A DNA stretch of 64,000 nucleotides from Epiperipatus broadwayi (lineage: Eukaryota; Animalia; Onychophora): contig JAQFVV010000006.1 of assembly GCA_028023455.1 (NCBI GenBank), positions 20,584,001-20,648,000 on the forward strand, in the 5' to 3' direction. Under the pieces are notes generated by a model that was not told the origin of the DNA, ran no database searches, and saw nothing but the letters and a program-made list of their open reading frames with translations. The translations under genes were made by a program, and so were the position numbers. The first letter of the stretch is position 1. Each line of letters begins with the position of its first letter. Below are positions 21,263 through 35,859 of the stretch, one piece after another.

Positions 21263-23689
21263 ACAGTGAGTGAAATCAGAAACTACAAAAAATATGCATA
21301 GAGTACCTACTATACCAGTATCATATTCTAACTTTCTGACATACCTAAACTTCTCTTTTGATGATCTATTTAAAGTTAAATCTTAGCATACTAACCATAA
21401 GTTTGTTTATCCTAAAATTTACATAGTTAATGTAACATTAATTGATAAATGATAAAGCTGCTTTTTAAATGACCAACTATTGGTCAAATGTTTGTTCAAT
21501 ATTATCACTCTTTTCATAAAAAAAAAACTGAATAAGGCATTACTCATCATACTTGGCAGCTTTCAAATGAGGGGTATTTTAGCTTTTTACCCTCTAGTTT
21601 AAGATTAATTGTATCTATTTATCAACCAGTTTGAATGATTATTTGGATTGTTAATGGATCATCTATCTAAAAAAAAATTCAATCTGTTTAAAATTTGAAA
21701 TAATTCTGGATCAGATTTCAATTGGTGGCAAGTGTCATGACAGAAAAATGTGCTAGTCAATATGTCATGATGTTCTTAAACTTTGGAATTATGGTAATAA
21801 AAAAAAAACAATAAAATTTAAAAACCGCACTGCACGGCAAAAAGCTGTTATGGTTACAACCTTTAGAAAAGCATTGAAAAAGAAAGTACCTACATGTTGG
21901 CCAATTGTTTGGTTGTGGAGTTTTGAAGGTGTTGTACTCTTGTTTCAACTTCTCTAGCTAAGAATAGCTAGATAACCATTTACCAACCAGTATTAAATAG
22001 TTAGCTCTTTGACATTTAACTTGATACGTAAAATAAAATAAATTTTAAGCTTTATTAGAATATTATTGGTTAAGATTCACATCCAGGTTACAGGCATAGA
22101 AAATGTGTTATCGCTATGTCATGAGATCCATCTCAAACATAGCTACAAAGACTTTTTCACTTTTTCTTTTCTGATGATAACTGAATCAGAATATTTCACC
22201 CATAAGCAAGCTATTCAATATATAAACTAATTGCTTATCTTGTTATTGTATTTCTATACAGAAAGATTTATATTTGTCAATGTTTAAATAAGATGGCGAC
22301 CATGAAATGATTTTTATTTTTACCCATAATCCTTTGCAGACATTTAGCTGATATAATCAGAATATATTAATATTCTCAAATGATGACTAATATTTATATT
22401 GCAAAATTTATATATATTTAAAATTTCTCATTTTTGTTCTCTTTTTTTTTTTTTTGTAAATCATTATCAACTAATTATTTTAATGTATTTTTTTTTATTA
22501 AATAAATTATATTTTTCTAACGGAGTTTTTTTATTTTTTATTACCAACTAAAATTGGAATAATAAATTATTTCAGTAGTGATAAACAATACGTAATAAAA
22601 TGTAAAATGTATTTAGCCATTGTGAAATTGAAAAATAAAATGTGAAAATTTAATCATAAAATGAAAGTTACGGCTTCAACCAACGGTCGGATGTGAATTA
22701 TTTATTTTTATGTCTGAGAAATCAAATAGAAAAAGAGGAAAAGACATCATAAACGATTTGAAAATTAAAAATTGATTTATCTTGCATTTTCTATCAGCAA
22801 TCCATCAGAAATATTTTTTTTGCTTCAATAGATTTGAGCTAGTGCGATTTATCAAACTGTAAATTTGTTTTGATATATTACTGATATATAAAAATTTCCA
22901 TAACAAAAAAAAAAAAAAGATGGAAATAAATTTTATTGTTTAAATTTATTTATCAAAGATTGTTTGTATAAAATATTTTTTAAAATCTAATTTATATATA
23001 TATTACGTTTTGCTTTTTATATAATAAAATTATTACTATTTGACACAGATAATAAATAAATGTGAATACATATATAGTTGATGCTATAAAAATAAAAGGG
23101 AAAACCTAAAATCTATACATTTAAAAAATACTTTTGAATTTATATAAAAGCACAACTGCTTTTGTATTAATAAAAATTTCTGAATGAACCTAAAATTGTA
23201 AAATCAGAAAATTAACTGGAAGAAATACAGTTTTGAAAGAAATAAGATTTTTCAAGTTGTGTGTAATGAGTTATATCGTGAGCAATTCAATCCACCTCAA
23301 CCTGGAGAAGAAGATGAGAATAAGTTAAATATAAGGAATATAAGTGGTAAAAATACTGAATATGAATCCAAAAACATTTTGAAATTGGTGGAGACAATTC
23401 CTCAAAAGATGAAACCGAATAAGATGATAAAGATGTGATGTATCATTAATGTAAAAGATAATCATAAATTGAATGTATGAGAAATTATAAATCATGGTGA
23501 AATTTTTTATTAGAAAGTATCCATAAAAGGTGCTTTGATTTATTTTTCCCCACTAATTCTTAGCAGTGTTGGTCTTGCTTATTTATGCTTTAAATAAAAT
23601 TGTGTAAAACCTTTTTTATAATATTAATGCAATATCAATCATTATTTGCCGTCTAACTTTTCTAAATCTACACCATTTCAAAATAAGTG

Positions 23690-23921
23690 ATGTTGGGTTA
23701 GACATATTGCTAGAAGAGATCATAATAGAAGCACAATTGAAATCTTAAACTGGATTCCAAGAGATTGTAAAAGACCCAGAAATAGACCATGTGTGAGATG
23801 GATGGATGAAATAAGAAAGTGTGAGGGGTGATGTGGGGAAGAGAAACTAAAGATTGAAAAAAATGAATTGAACATGGAGAGACCTTCATCCTGCAGTGGA
23901 TTTATAATGATGATGATGATG
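23690..23921 (+). mobile_element. RTE-clade LINE 3' end with (GAT)n tail
   Basis: WVRHIARRDHNRSTIEILNWIPRDCKRPRNRPCVRWMDEIRK...GETFILQWI followed by ATGATGATGATGAT. Confidence 0.85.
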
Positions 23922-24299
23922 ATTTCATATCACACCTGTCACAAGATAATTCTTTATACATTCCTCAGCTCTAAATTCATACTTTTGCCATGAAACCAAA
24001 TCAAATAAAAGGATTTTTAAAAAATTCTAATGGCTACTTTTTCTCAGGAGTTCATAAAAAGTCTGACATGACTTGATAAAATTGGATCAGAAGGTTCCAA
24101 GATCGATTCTGGCACTCAAACTTCTTATGACCTCCTGAGCAACAAACCATATGCCTTTTTTAATTGAAAGGATCATTGTTTAGAATTTCATATGATGTTA
24201 GAACACCAGAAGTGATATGTTGGCTTTAATCCAAAGTCTTTTAGTATTGCACTACTACAGCTTACAATTTTTTCTACTGCTTATTATTATTATTTTTAA

Positions 24300-25030
24300 T
24301 CTCTATTTCTTCTCTGTAGGACAAAGATATTCCCAAATTCAATCCAGTTTCTCAACCTACAAATTGTCTTCTCCATAAAATGTTTATTTCATCCATCCAT
24401 TGCACATATGGTCTTTCTCTAGGTCTTTAATAACATCTTGGGATCAACTTATCAGTCTACTATAATCTTTTCTGTGACACATTTAGCTGAATTTCATTTA
24501 ACTTTCTGCATTTTTAAATGGTGGCTTTGATAATTATTTACATTTTTCACAATTTATTTGGCATTTGATTTTTATTATTATTACTCTCAACATTCCTTTT
24601 CATATTTCAATGTACAATCTGAAGTTTATTTTATTAAGCAGCATTCAAATTTTATACCACTATTAAAATATTAAAAACTTAACTTTTCTTTTTACATAAT
24701 CACATTATCTTTTATTATTAAAGTATCAAAAACACTCCATCTAATATTTTTTATGTGTTGCACTATTTTCATCATCTAACATTATATACTGAATGTCTTC
24801 AGACATTTTTTAAAATTTGAAAGAAAGTTAATTGATTTCCTACTTTAGCCAGTTTTAGATATAATTTTTCATAATATCTAAAGTTTCACATAGTAGCAGA
24901 TTCCTTCTGAATACATAGTATTCATCTGCTGGTTTGGTGATGACATTGTAGTATTTATTGTCTTATTGGACTAAAAAAATTTTTTAAAGACATTTGATAT
25001 TTAATATTAGATATGGAAATAGTCCAATGC
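24300..25030 (-). mobile_element. Degenerate RTE-clade LINE C-terminal fragment
   Basis: Minus-strand remnants such as PRCY*RPRERPYVQWMDEI; ends approximate. Confidence 0.7.
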
Positions 25031-25077
25031 ATAATAAATCCTAAAATGCCATAATCACAAACCTTCAGGCAAATAAT

Positions 25078-25697
25078 CCATTTGGTACTTGTGACTTTTG
25101 ACCCATGTGGATGGGCTTACACACTGTGACCAGCACCACCAAGCAAGTAGCTTTGCTGCCAGCCAGCTGGTGGAATGTTCCTGTGCTTACACATTGTGAA
25201 TAGCACCACCTTTTGGCTGGAATTTGCAATGCTGCATTTGGGACCCCTACTCTAAGTATTTTTGTGGTTGACCCTGACCAGCACCTCTGGTGGCCACATG
25301 GGTCAAAAGTCACAAGTACCATCTATCTAGTTTTTCCATGTGTAACTGTGGAGAAACCGCCATGTAGTGGGCTAGAATCTTGGTAGTCGCTGTTAGCAGA
25401 TGACACATAAGCTAGATGTGTTTATGGCAATCAGCGCCACCTAGGTTCTTGGTATCTGCTGGTAGCAGACGATGTAAGAAAATGGGCTTATGCACTGCTA
25501 CCAGTGCCACCAAGCAAGCAGCTTGGCTGCCAGCCAGCTGGTGGAATGTTCCTGTGCTTACACATTGTGAACAGCACCACCTTTTGGCTGGAATTTGCAA
25601 TTCTGCATTTGGGGCCCCTACTCTAAGTATTTCTGTGGTTGACCCCAACCAGCGCCTCTGGTGGCCACATGGGTCAAAAGTCACAAGTACCAACCAT
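25078..25697 (+). repeat. GC-richer element in partial tandem (about 25130-25322 and 25340-25697) with a 5' inverted copy of its 3' end
   Basis: Two copies of CACCAAGCAAG...GGGTCAAAAGTCACAAGTACCA. Inverted TGGTACTTGTGACTTTTGACCCATGTGG at about 25083-25110. The longer unit has TGTAAC...GTCACA LTR-like ends. No hammerhead found. Confidence 0.75.
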
Positions 25698-27330
25698 CTA
25701 AATTTAATTTAATTTCATCTTATCTATTTGTCTTAACAATTAATCATAGTATTCATAGTTTTTAACTTCTAATGCATTGCTATTCTTTATTTTTCCCTAT
25801 ATAGTTATATAGTTTGATGCAATGGAAGAGGCATATTTCAGAACTGAAGTGTAGATGTTATTTCTGCAGCATATACTTTTTACTTAAACCATTTAATTAA
25901 TTTTAACTCTTCTTGAAAATCTGTTGGCATTTCCTACTTTCTTGCTTTTAATTTTGATCTCTATTTTGTAAAATTGCTGTAAAAAGTTTTGAAGATAGAA
26001 TAACTCTGCTATATACTCATTAATTTCAATATTATTTGTATCATTATATAATGATCATTGCATTTTAATAGATATTCATCAGAATATAGTGTCTGGGGTC
26101 AATGTTTTGATATTCCAAAGCTTTAATCCCCACAGAATCAAAATGACTTTCCATAATTTACAAAACCCAAGCATAGTCTAATTATTGCATTCTTTTGTAA
26201 CTTTCCTAATACTTGTTAATACATTGTACCACAACTATCTCTAAATACAGTTTAATCCTTTTCTTAATCTGGATATAATGATCTCTATAAGCAGATTATA
26301 ATGAACATGTTCATGTATATTTGTATTCATGTATTTGTATTATGTTTGTTATAGTTCTGAAGAAGATTGGGACAATCGAAACTGTCAATAATGGATAAGT
26401 AAAAAAGCATTGTAAAAAGTAATAAAGAATATAGATGATATTAATGTTATAACTGATAGAAGACTTATAGATCTGCAGTTTTTAATGTATTCCTTTTTAT
26501 CTTACTTAAAAACAAAAATATTTATAACTTTCCAATTTCATCAACTATATTTTAATCTTGTGAATAAAAACATCTGAAAAAGATCTTTATTTATATGGTT
26601 AAATATATGTGGTAAAATTTAAGATATTACATGTGGAAAAAAAAAAAGACAAAAGGTATTAAACATCCCATGTGGTTTTTGTTTAATAATAATAGACATA
26701 TTATTTATTTAAAGTTTAAAGTACATTTATCCAGTTAGAAATAGAATAATTTCTAGCTTAATAAACAATTAGTAATAATTATTAAGTGCTTTATATGATA
26801 CAATGGTATATAATTGTGAGGTGAGATAAATTTGGAGCCTTTAGATTTAATTGTAATAAAAACATCACTACATAATATTTCAATCAATTGGAGTATGATT
26901 ATCATTTAAATATTTAGTATATAGGTTTGACAACAATTTGTTTTATTTATAGAAATTAAAACAAGTATGGAAATTCTTATATTTAGGAAATTTTACTATA
27001 TATTTTAAATTATTAAAACATATTAATAATTTAATAAACATAAAAATACAATTACCAAACAAATAAATAATTAATCATATTATTAAATAAATGTAAAATA
27101 ATTTTAATCTATATTGCAAGTTTCAAAAATTCATGAAAATATGTTTTGAATCCAAAAATTATTTCATTAGGTTATTGGTTATTAAATTTTCTGCTGCTTA
27201 TATTAAATTGATTCCATCACTTTTATATATATTTTCAATATAATTTAAAATATATTACACAAATAACACACCCACATATTCATGCTATTTCTTTAGCATA
27301 CGATTATAATCAAAATGTAAATGACTAATG

Positions 27331-27370
27331 AGGCACATTTCAACATGAATCATGTCTCATCAGTAGGCCT
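27331..27370 (-). ncRNA. Isolated hammerhead remnant
   Basis: Minus strand: AGGCCTA-CTGATGA-GACATG-ATT-CATGTT-GAA-ATGT-GCCT. The cleavage site and part of stem I appear deleted. Confidence 0.5.
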
Positions 27371-27539
27371 AAGTCACCACACATTCTCCTAAGTCAATTG
27401 TCAATGCTTTTTATTTAATTAATGATGATTATATTGATTCTATTTTAAGTATTTATTTCCATTTTATCAGCATGCCATTATAGATAACTCCTGTCCTTAA
27501 ATAACATCACTATTCTTAAAATTTATTTTAGTCTAATTT

Positions 27540-27544
<5 letters not shown>

Positions 27545-27593
<49 letters not shown>

Positions 27594-27606
27594 CTCATAG
27601 TTATTC

Positions 27607-27641
<35 letters not shown>

Positions 27642-27655
27642 ACTATGAGTATGAG
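27545..27655. repeat. (TA)n tracts with a small inverted repeat
   Basis: ATACTCATAGTTATT ... AATAACTATGAGTAT flanking (TA)n. Confidence 0.8.
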
Positions 27656-30600
27656 CATGAGAGATCACAATAGAACTAATTAATTATAAGTAACTACAAG
27701 TTCACTAACATTACACAAAAGTAATAATCATTCATCATCATGAATGATCAACAATAAAAATAAATCAACAGTTAAGCTGGTGACTAAATTTGAAATGGGC
27801 CTACTATAGACCAGGATACTTATTTAACCCTTGCCAAACTTAGGGCTGCAATACAACATATAATTTGGATGGATATATTTAAAAGTGCTAATCCATCAGA
27901 ATATAACAAAAAAATTGCTGGGATACTAAAACATGCTGATCATCATCAATGCTCTCTTGCCACTTAATGTAGTGGTCAATTATATACTTAAATTCTAATA
28001 AATACTAAATAAAATATAGTGCATGGACTTTAAGGGATATTCTGTTTACACCATCCAGCATTAGAGAAGTAATGAAATCATCATCAACTGGACATCCATA
28101 AATACTAGACATAAATCTTTTTTATATAACAGACCATTATGTATGAATCTAGTTTAGTGATCAAAATCTCTATAACTGCTAATGTGAGCAAGAGATGTAA
28201 TGCAAACATAATATTCTAAAACTATTTTAGGATTGAGTAAATTCACTGAAATAACTTTAATAATGAAATATAAATTGCTAAATTAAAAACAATAAAATGA
28301 AATTAAGGTCTGCTGAGTATGCTATAAATATAAATTCAGCATTCTGATTTTAATTAATAAAAAACAAGCTTTCACATTATGATTTACAAATCACAGATAT
28401 GCAAGTGTAAAAAAAATGAAGATATTTGAATTGTCATAAACTTAATAAAAACAACTCATTTTAATAATTCATAAAGTATGATCTATGTTAACATATATGT
28501 ATCTACATGACATGCAACTGTATAAGCACAGACATGCTGTTTAATAATATAGAATTAACTTATCAGAATTGTGATAAACTAATAAAATTCAATTCCTTTC
28601 TAGTAATATATAAGTGCACATGTAAATGTATGTATATATAAAATATAGATAATCTGAATTAATGTTATTAATTAGCCTCTTATTTTTTAGGGCAAGTAAA
28701 GTTTTTCTTTAAAAAAACTATTGTTCTTTGAAAAGTTTCATTTAAAATTCAGGTTTTTGTGGCCTCATTTTCAATATTTACAAAAAAGATCCTCAATTTC
28801 CTTTCACTCTTTTTTTGACAATATCAGGAATAAATAATCTTCTAGATGCAAATGTCATTTATTATTTTTCTTTCATTGCTTTATTTTTAGTTGACAAAAG
28901 TTATTTACTTTTAAAATGTGTTATTTAAAAATTTTAACTGACATTTTCAAGAAATTATCTAAAATAATATCCTCAATATATTTAACACACTCTACTCACA
29001 AGCTGTACTTTATATATATATACAACACAGTAGCAAGCTGGTGAAATGTCTGGATAAGAATGATTCTTCTAAACCATAGACTAACTTAATGTCATCTTTG
29101 GGAAAGGTATAATCCAGTAACTGGTGGTATACATAGCTCAATTTAGTCTAGAATTTGATAGACTTCAGAATATCAGCTAGTACACATATACGTGGATTAA
29201 TAAACCACAAAAAAGCTAGTCCTGCCCCCCATGTGAATCAAAACTCCACCAATGTTGCACTAACAGTATCCATATACCTGTCTTGCCTTCAGTTATATCT
29301 TCATAGTAACTTTTCTACTATAAAACTGTCATCTAATCTTTTTTCCAACCTTTTTAGTCTGGATGAAATTTTTTAAAAAATCACAGTAACTAAAAGTAAA
29401 TTTTCTTTATCTTGATTGAAAAAATTAATGACTCTTTACAATTCATGTTAATCTCTTCAAAAACAACTTTGTAGGATTTTGATCAAAATATGTTATACAA
29501 GCTTTAATTTAAAAAATAAAATCTAATCAAAATAGATAGAGGATTTTTTATAATTACCTCGTATATCTACACACACTACTATGTTGTTGTATGGTGTGAG
29601 ACACATAACTGTCTCAATATATATTATTAGAATAAATAATGAAAAATGTAAATAAAAAAATATTTTTTACAACATTATGATTAACAAAAAAATCTGATAT
29701 TATTAACTCATTTCTTTCCCTGCATATAAACTCAAATAGAATATAAAAAATATTAATATTTGTGATGTCATTATATATATATATATATAAGAAGTAACTG
29801 GAATTTCTGATGAGTGGTATAAGTAAATAAACTCTTCATAAAACATACAGTAAATAAGCTCTTTTTAAGACAGACAATCCTATCTGTCTGTTTAGCATTT
29901 GTTCATACATATGCTTAATTTATGTGATTTTAAATAAGGGTGGATCTATTGATTGCATATATTTACAGACTAAATGATAAAAATCACCATTTTAATACTT
30001 GAGGATCAGATCAGAGCTTTAGTTTAAACAAACTCCAAATATAAAATAAAAATTTAGTTTTAGTATTTGTAATTAATAAATGAAATAACTCAGATTATGT
30101 ATAATTGAACAAGAAGTAAGAGATGCTTCCAATGAATTGTGTTTAAGAACAAATGCTAAAAAGATAGATGGTATCATCCACATTTATATACATCTCATCA
30201 AAAGCTTTAGTTTCTTCCCGTTTTATTGTCTATAATCTGAGTTATTATATATAATATTGAAACAATTGCACATATTTTTACTTTCCTTTGCAGCTTAGTC
30301 TTAACAGTGTTCAATTAACTCATTTTTTGAGATATCTGTTCTTAATACTATGTAGATGCAGAATTTTTTTTAAATACAAGTAGTTCAATCTATTGACCAA
30401 AATTATAACTAAAGTTTAAGTTTATAGGATTATATTCATAAGCATTAATTGGTTACAGTAATAACTAGGAAGTCTAATGTATCCTGGCTGCATGTCATGA
30501 GATCCTCAGGTATAACCATTCATAAATGAATGCTGATAAAGAGATAATTAAATCAATATAATTTATTAGATAGCTTGACATTTTCATAAAAATTAAACAA

Positions 30601-31104
30601 AAAATAATGATTGATTGATTGATGGAGAGATCATGTAATATTCAATCATAAAATATGAAAACAAGAAATTATTCCCAAGTAAGATTTCTGATATCTTTAT
30701 CATCATGTTTGATTCTTGTACACATTATATTTACATAATAGATTCCAATTTATTATTGGAGTTGTTTTTAATTTTAAAATGCAACTACCATATTTTTGTA
30801 AAATGACCCCTTGTGACTATTTGAAATTTCAGCATTTTAAATATCTGAAGTAAATGGTATAGAATTAAAGTTTGGAATTTAAGTTCAAGTTAAAATGATA
30901 AGATACTTATATTCGTTTTTTACAATAAGATAAATCTTATAGACTCACTGATAAGCAGAATTATATTTCTACATTTTTATGTCAATGTCTAGACTTAATA
31001 ATGTGTTTATGAACCAATGAAGACCCAAACATCATTTGCCAAATGAATAAGAATGATAATTTTTCATTTAATTCCTCACACAAAACCAGTTTATAAAATG
31101 CTAT

Positions 31105-32110
31105 TTAGTAGTAAATATTATAAACTCATTACAATTGAGTATTAAACTAAAGATCAGCCTTTCAAGCTAACGTACATGCGCTGATCTCTAGTTTATTACA
31201 ATTTATAAACATAGCGCTATATAAAATAAATGCCTCATTTACAATTGAGTATTAAGAAAAGGGAATAGTTAATCTTCAAAACTTTTACATTGCACTAAGA
31301 ATGCTTTTGGCAGATGATTTCCAGAATCAGTGCTGTTTTATTTAGCAGTTGAAAATTATGCCCAAATATGGATGTGACTTATTATGTAAATTAGACATTT
31401 AAATATTCCATATTGGCAAATTCTATACTAAGTTAAATAAAAATAAAAGCAAGACTACACAAAAGTACCAAAGGCATGATAAACCTGCCATACATCCCTA
31501 AAATATCAAAAATACTAAGAAATATATGCATAGACATGTGTAAGGTCAGCTTTAGATTGCCTCCACCATTAAACAATGTGTTGAATAATTTAAAAGATAA
31601 AATACCAAGGAAACATGCCCTTCAAGTGGCTCATGCAGTACCCATTTTGTAATTCTGTATATTATAGAGAATCACATGCAAATAGATCTATGAGAATTGC
31701 CCAGTGTGTGTAATTTTACTGCAGAGTTAAACAAAACAGCAAATGCAAGACAATGTTTTGCTTATCATGAGCTTACAGGTCATACTTTCAGTCCTACTAA
31801 TGTAAGCATGGTTTGTGTTGACAGATATGATAGAAAATAAAATATAAGAAGGCATGGGTTATTGCAAAGAATCCAAAGACAATTAATAGAAAGACATTGT
31901 GTGTCCAATTATGTAAAAAAATGAATTTTTAAATGCCTCATTTACATAATAAATGAAGTCCATATATAAGCATAATTTTCAACTGCTAAATAAAACAACA
32001 CTATGATTTTGGAAGTTTTTTATCAAAAGCATGCTTAGGGCAATATAAAAGTTTTGAATGTTAACTATTACCTTTTCTTAATACTCGATTATAATGAGTT
32101 TATAATAATG
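31105..32110 (+). mobile_element. 5'-truncated Penelope-like element (RT thumb plus GIY-YIG remnants) with an inverted pLTR at its 5' end
   Basis: Frameshifted LPYIPKISKILRNIC...KDKIP / PFCNSVYYRE / HELTGHTFSPTNV / AWVIAKNPKTINRK at 31485-31920. About 31230-31410 is the inverted complement of about 31925-32090. Confidence 0.85.
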
Positions 32111-32254
32111 CAATTTAAAAATAGTGAATTCTTTTCTCTTACCTATGTTTCATTAGGTTGTGTAACAAAAGTAAGAAAAAAAGAATTAGCTATTGAGTAG
32201 CATTTGTAAGCTGATTTGATATAATATTTTGTATCAATCTTGTCCAAAGGATAG

Positions 32255-33000
32255 AGGCACCTATAGTTACTAAAAACTAAGGTATTGTGTAAATAATGGG
32301 TTGGATTTTAGATCTGTATAACAATACATGCATGTTGGCTTTGATTGAAAATGCTAATATGCTTTCAATTTGGTCTAATAGCTTGATAGTAAATTAAAGA
32401 AGTAAAAGATGACTGTTAGAGAAAAGTTGCATTAGGTTTAGAAGACTAGATACACTGTTCCATGATTCAAAGCTTCTCATTGATGTAAATCATAGGCTAG
32501 AAACTATTCTGGAAATGCTGAATAGTAATAAGACTACCAAAGATTGTCTACCAAAGTTTACATTAGATAATGTAACAGTAGTGAAAAAAAAAGAATTTGA
32601 ATAACATTATGTGATCTGGTATCATGCAATGTTTAGTTAGTTCTATATTAAGCCTGATGAAAGGATAGAAATACCTATGGTTGTTAAAAAAACTAACACC
32701 ACCATAATATATAGATATTAAACTGGCTTTAGATCTATATAATTATACAAGCATGTTGGCTTTGAATGAAGAAAAAATTATATATTTTTTCAATTTAGGA
32801 TAGTAGCTTTATAGAAAATAAAGAAGTAAAGAATAACTGCTAAAGGAAAGATCCATTAGATTCAAAGGTTCAACTATGCAAGCCATAAGCTAGAAACTAA
32901 CCTGGGGATATTAAATAGGGGAGCACAGAATAGAGATTTAATGAGTACTATCACTGACATCTATTGATTACCAAGGCTTACATGAGATAAAATAACAATG
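32255..33000. repeat. Old diverged tandem duplication (two units of about 400 nt)
   Basis: Shared blocks TTTAGATCT.TATAA...GCATGTTGGCTTTGA.TGAA, AAAGAAGTAAA and GCTAGAAACTA. Confidence 0.7.
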
Positions 33001-33627
33001 AAGGATTAATTAAAAACTTATTAGCATTATTAATTTACTTTATTACTTCAATGTTATATAACATAAGTGTGAAATAATCAATGGATAAGAAATAGTAGTG
33101 CTATATAGACATTCTTAGACTAGTTTCTGACTATCAGCCACTGTCAGTGAGAGTAAGATTTACACACAGATGTATTTTGACTAAGGATACTCAATATTTA
33201 GAAACTAGTTCTTGATAAGGACATAGCACTAATATTTATTGATTTCTCAAGCTTACAGTAGAGGGTTTTGGAGTAGAGTAAACAGGAAGAATGTAAGGAT
33301 TGAAAATAAGCAGAGAAAGTCATTTAATACTTTATTCCCATAATTTATATTAATTATTAAATTACTTTCTTAATAATATTTTTAATAGCACAAATTATTC
33401 ATGCATGCACTCCATTTTATTTAAGCTGGAGACATGTAATAAGTCATGTGACATTTTATTGCCTCATACCAAATCCTGGCCACAGCTTAGAGTGTCTATG
33501 GTCATTAAAAAACTAAGAATATCGTAATATATAGAAACTGAATTTATTTTATATCTCTATGATAGTACAATAAAATTGGCATAGATTGAAAACATTTATA
33601 TGTTTTTCAATTTGGACTGATCATTTG

Positions 33628-34760
33628 AGGGGGGGGGGGCCAGCGCGGGGCAAAAAGGAAGAACGCGCAAGGAGAAACTCAAAGCGGGGTATGGCCGATA
33701 TAGTTGCTCTCTCTTTTGTACCAAATGTTAAATGTATTTGTGAAAATTTGGATTATGTTCTGTTTTTATCTCCTTCTCCCTCTTCCTCTTGGGTGTTTTC
33801 TCAATCTCTTTTTTTATAATTATCTTGAAATATTCCTCCTATTGCTTGTTTGAAGTAATCTTATGCTGAACAGTGATGGTGTCAATTGTCTTTGTTTATA
33901 AATATAAATTTCATATAATTTCAAGATCGTTTTGATGCGGGTCTCTTTCGTATAGTGCTCTCCGTATATTCCCTTTTGTTTTTTTTTTACTTTTATGAAT
34001 ATTAGGAATTTCTTTCTTTGAGAGTCACCATTTTCTTTTAGTCAACGTTGATATGGGGGCCGAGTTTGAATCTAGTTAAGTATTAATATTTTAGTTTATA
34101 ATTGTTATTGAAATCTCATTAGGAATAGGATTTATAGGGTTGAATTTCTAAAGTGGAATGATAATGTTCTAGTGGTATAAATAAATTTTTTTTATTCTTG
34201 TAAAAAAATTATATATTATATTGATTTATTGATTTTATATTTAAATATTTTTTATTTATTTATTATTTCTATATTGGATTATTTCTATTTCTCATAAATT
34301 TTTTATTAAATAAATATTTTTATTAAATAAATTATTGTATGATTTTATAAAGTATAAATTTAAGATTAAAATATTAATTAGTATGTTTTATAAATGAATT
34401 TTATAAATAAATTATTTTTATATATATAATATTGAATTAGTATTGAAATCTGAATTTAAAATATGATTAATAATTAATAATGTTTTTTATTAAATATAAA
34501 TAAATAATTTAATATATCTGATTAAGTTTTATTATTGATATTATATATATTTTCGATTATATATTTATTAATATTGTTGATTGTTGATGAAAAATGAATT
34601 TATTGAATGAAAGAAGTGTTATATTGATAGAGTATTAGATTGTATTGTGAGATAAATATGTTATGTGGATGATGGGGTGTTGTGTGGGGTGATTTGATAT
34701 GTTAGAAGTGTTGATAGCATAACATTGAAATAAATGATTATAGTTGAAAGGGAAATGCAT
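33628..34760. other. Strongly G/T-skewed segment ending in poly-G and a CpG-rich block; possibly a non-LTR element 3' region on the minus strand
   Basis: Poly-G followed by CCAGCGCGGGGC...CGCGC at 33628-33700. Minus-strand YLTRFKLGPH (about 34050-34085) resembles the LINE C-terminal R.RLG.H motif. Very AT-rich core. Confidence 0.35.
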
Positions 34761-35859
34761 CAATTACTGAAGGTCCGGGTTCATTGTTTCAAAATCCATA
34801 GATCCTCATTGATGAAAGTCATATGCTTGTTTAGTTTGTGGATTTTCAGATAGAACAGCACAGGGTAGGGTTTTTTAAGCACTGGCATCTATAATTATTT
34901 GCCAAAACTTGCATGGAAGTGGCAAAGGAACGATAAAAAAGCAGGCTGCTAAAAATATTTTATTTGTTAATATTAACTAGCATTTAATTTTTTCTCTCTT
35001 TATAAATATTTTCTTTCTCTACTGCATTACTAAAATGATTGAAAATTACAACCACTAAAATATATAGTGATTACTGTAGTGTTATAACTTTATAGCTAGA
35101 TAAGCAAGTTGGTTCGAGTTTAAAACCTTAGGATGATTTTGGTATGAAATGACTATTTGCTTGCTCAATGCAAGAGTGAGAATTCAGTGATTCTCTCTTG
35201 AGAAGATTAGTAGCCAGGAATCAGTAAGGTTAAATAAATATATCAGTTCCATCCAATATGTATTGATTATTTTAGCTTCTAAAAAATGACTTGGAAGTTG
35301 AGTAAAAATATGAAATTACTGCTCTTAACACATTACCTGCATTAGGCAATCATATTGAATTTATCTATATTAATGTAAATTATGTTCTGTAACAGGTGTA
35401 TGTAAAAAAAATGTATAATGTTTATATTTGTTTTGGAAATGCCAATTGAGAGAGAAAGACTCACTTCTTACACATCAACATATAAAGCAGCTATGCGTAT
35501 ACCTATTGCCTACAGATTTTTCAGATATATTGAGGATAAATCAGATTGTGAACATCTTGACACCAACAATATGGTAAGATTGAGTGATAAAATGAAAGCC
35601 AGGAGCCCCTAAGATGCATGGGCCAATATACTTTACATTGTGTTGCTTTCCTATAATTATACGTTTGGTTAAAACTCCTTAAGATTCTTGAATAAAATTA
35701 ACCTCTGATGCTTAAATATCAAATGATTTCTTGAGCAGTCAATCAATCAATCCATTTATATTATTTGTTTTATAATAAGTTATGTGTATAGGGGGCAGGT
35801 TTGACCTAAGCTCATTACATTATTTTGGAAATAATACCCAAAAATACACAAAAAGATTT

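Noticed and set aside
25065-25712. ORFs of 85-98 aa at 25.0-25.7 kb
   Set aside because: Open frames on both strands of a GC-richer repeat; no protein motif; the two copies differ by stop-creating changes.
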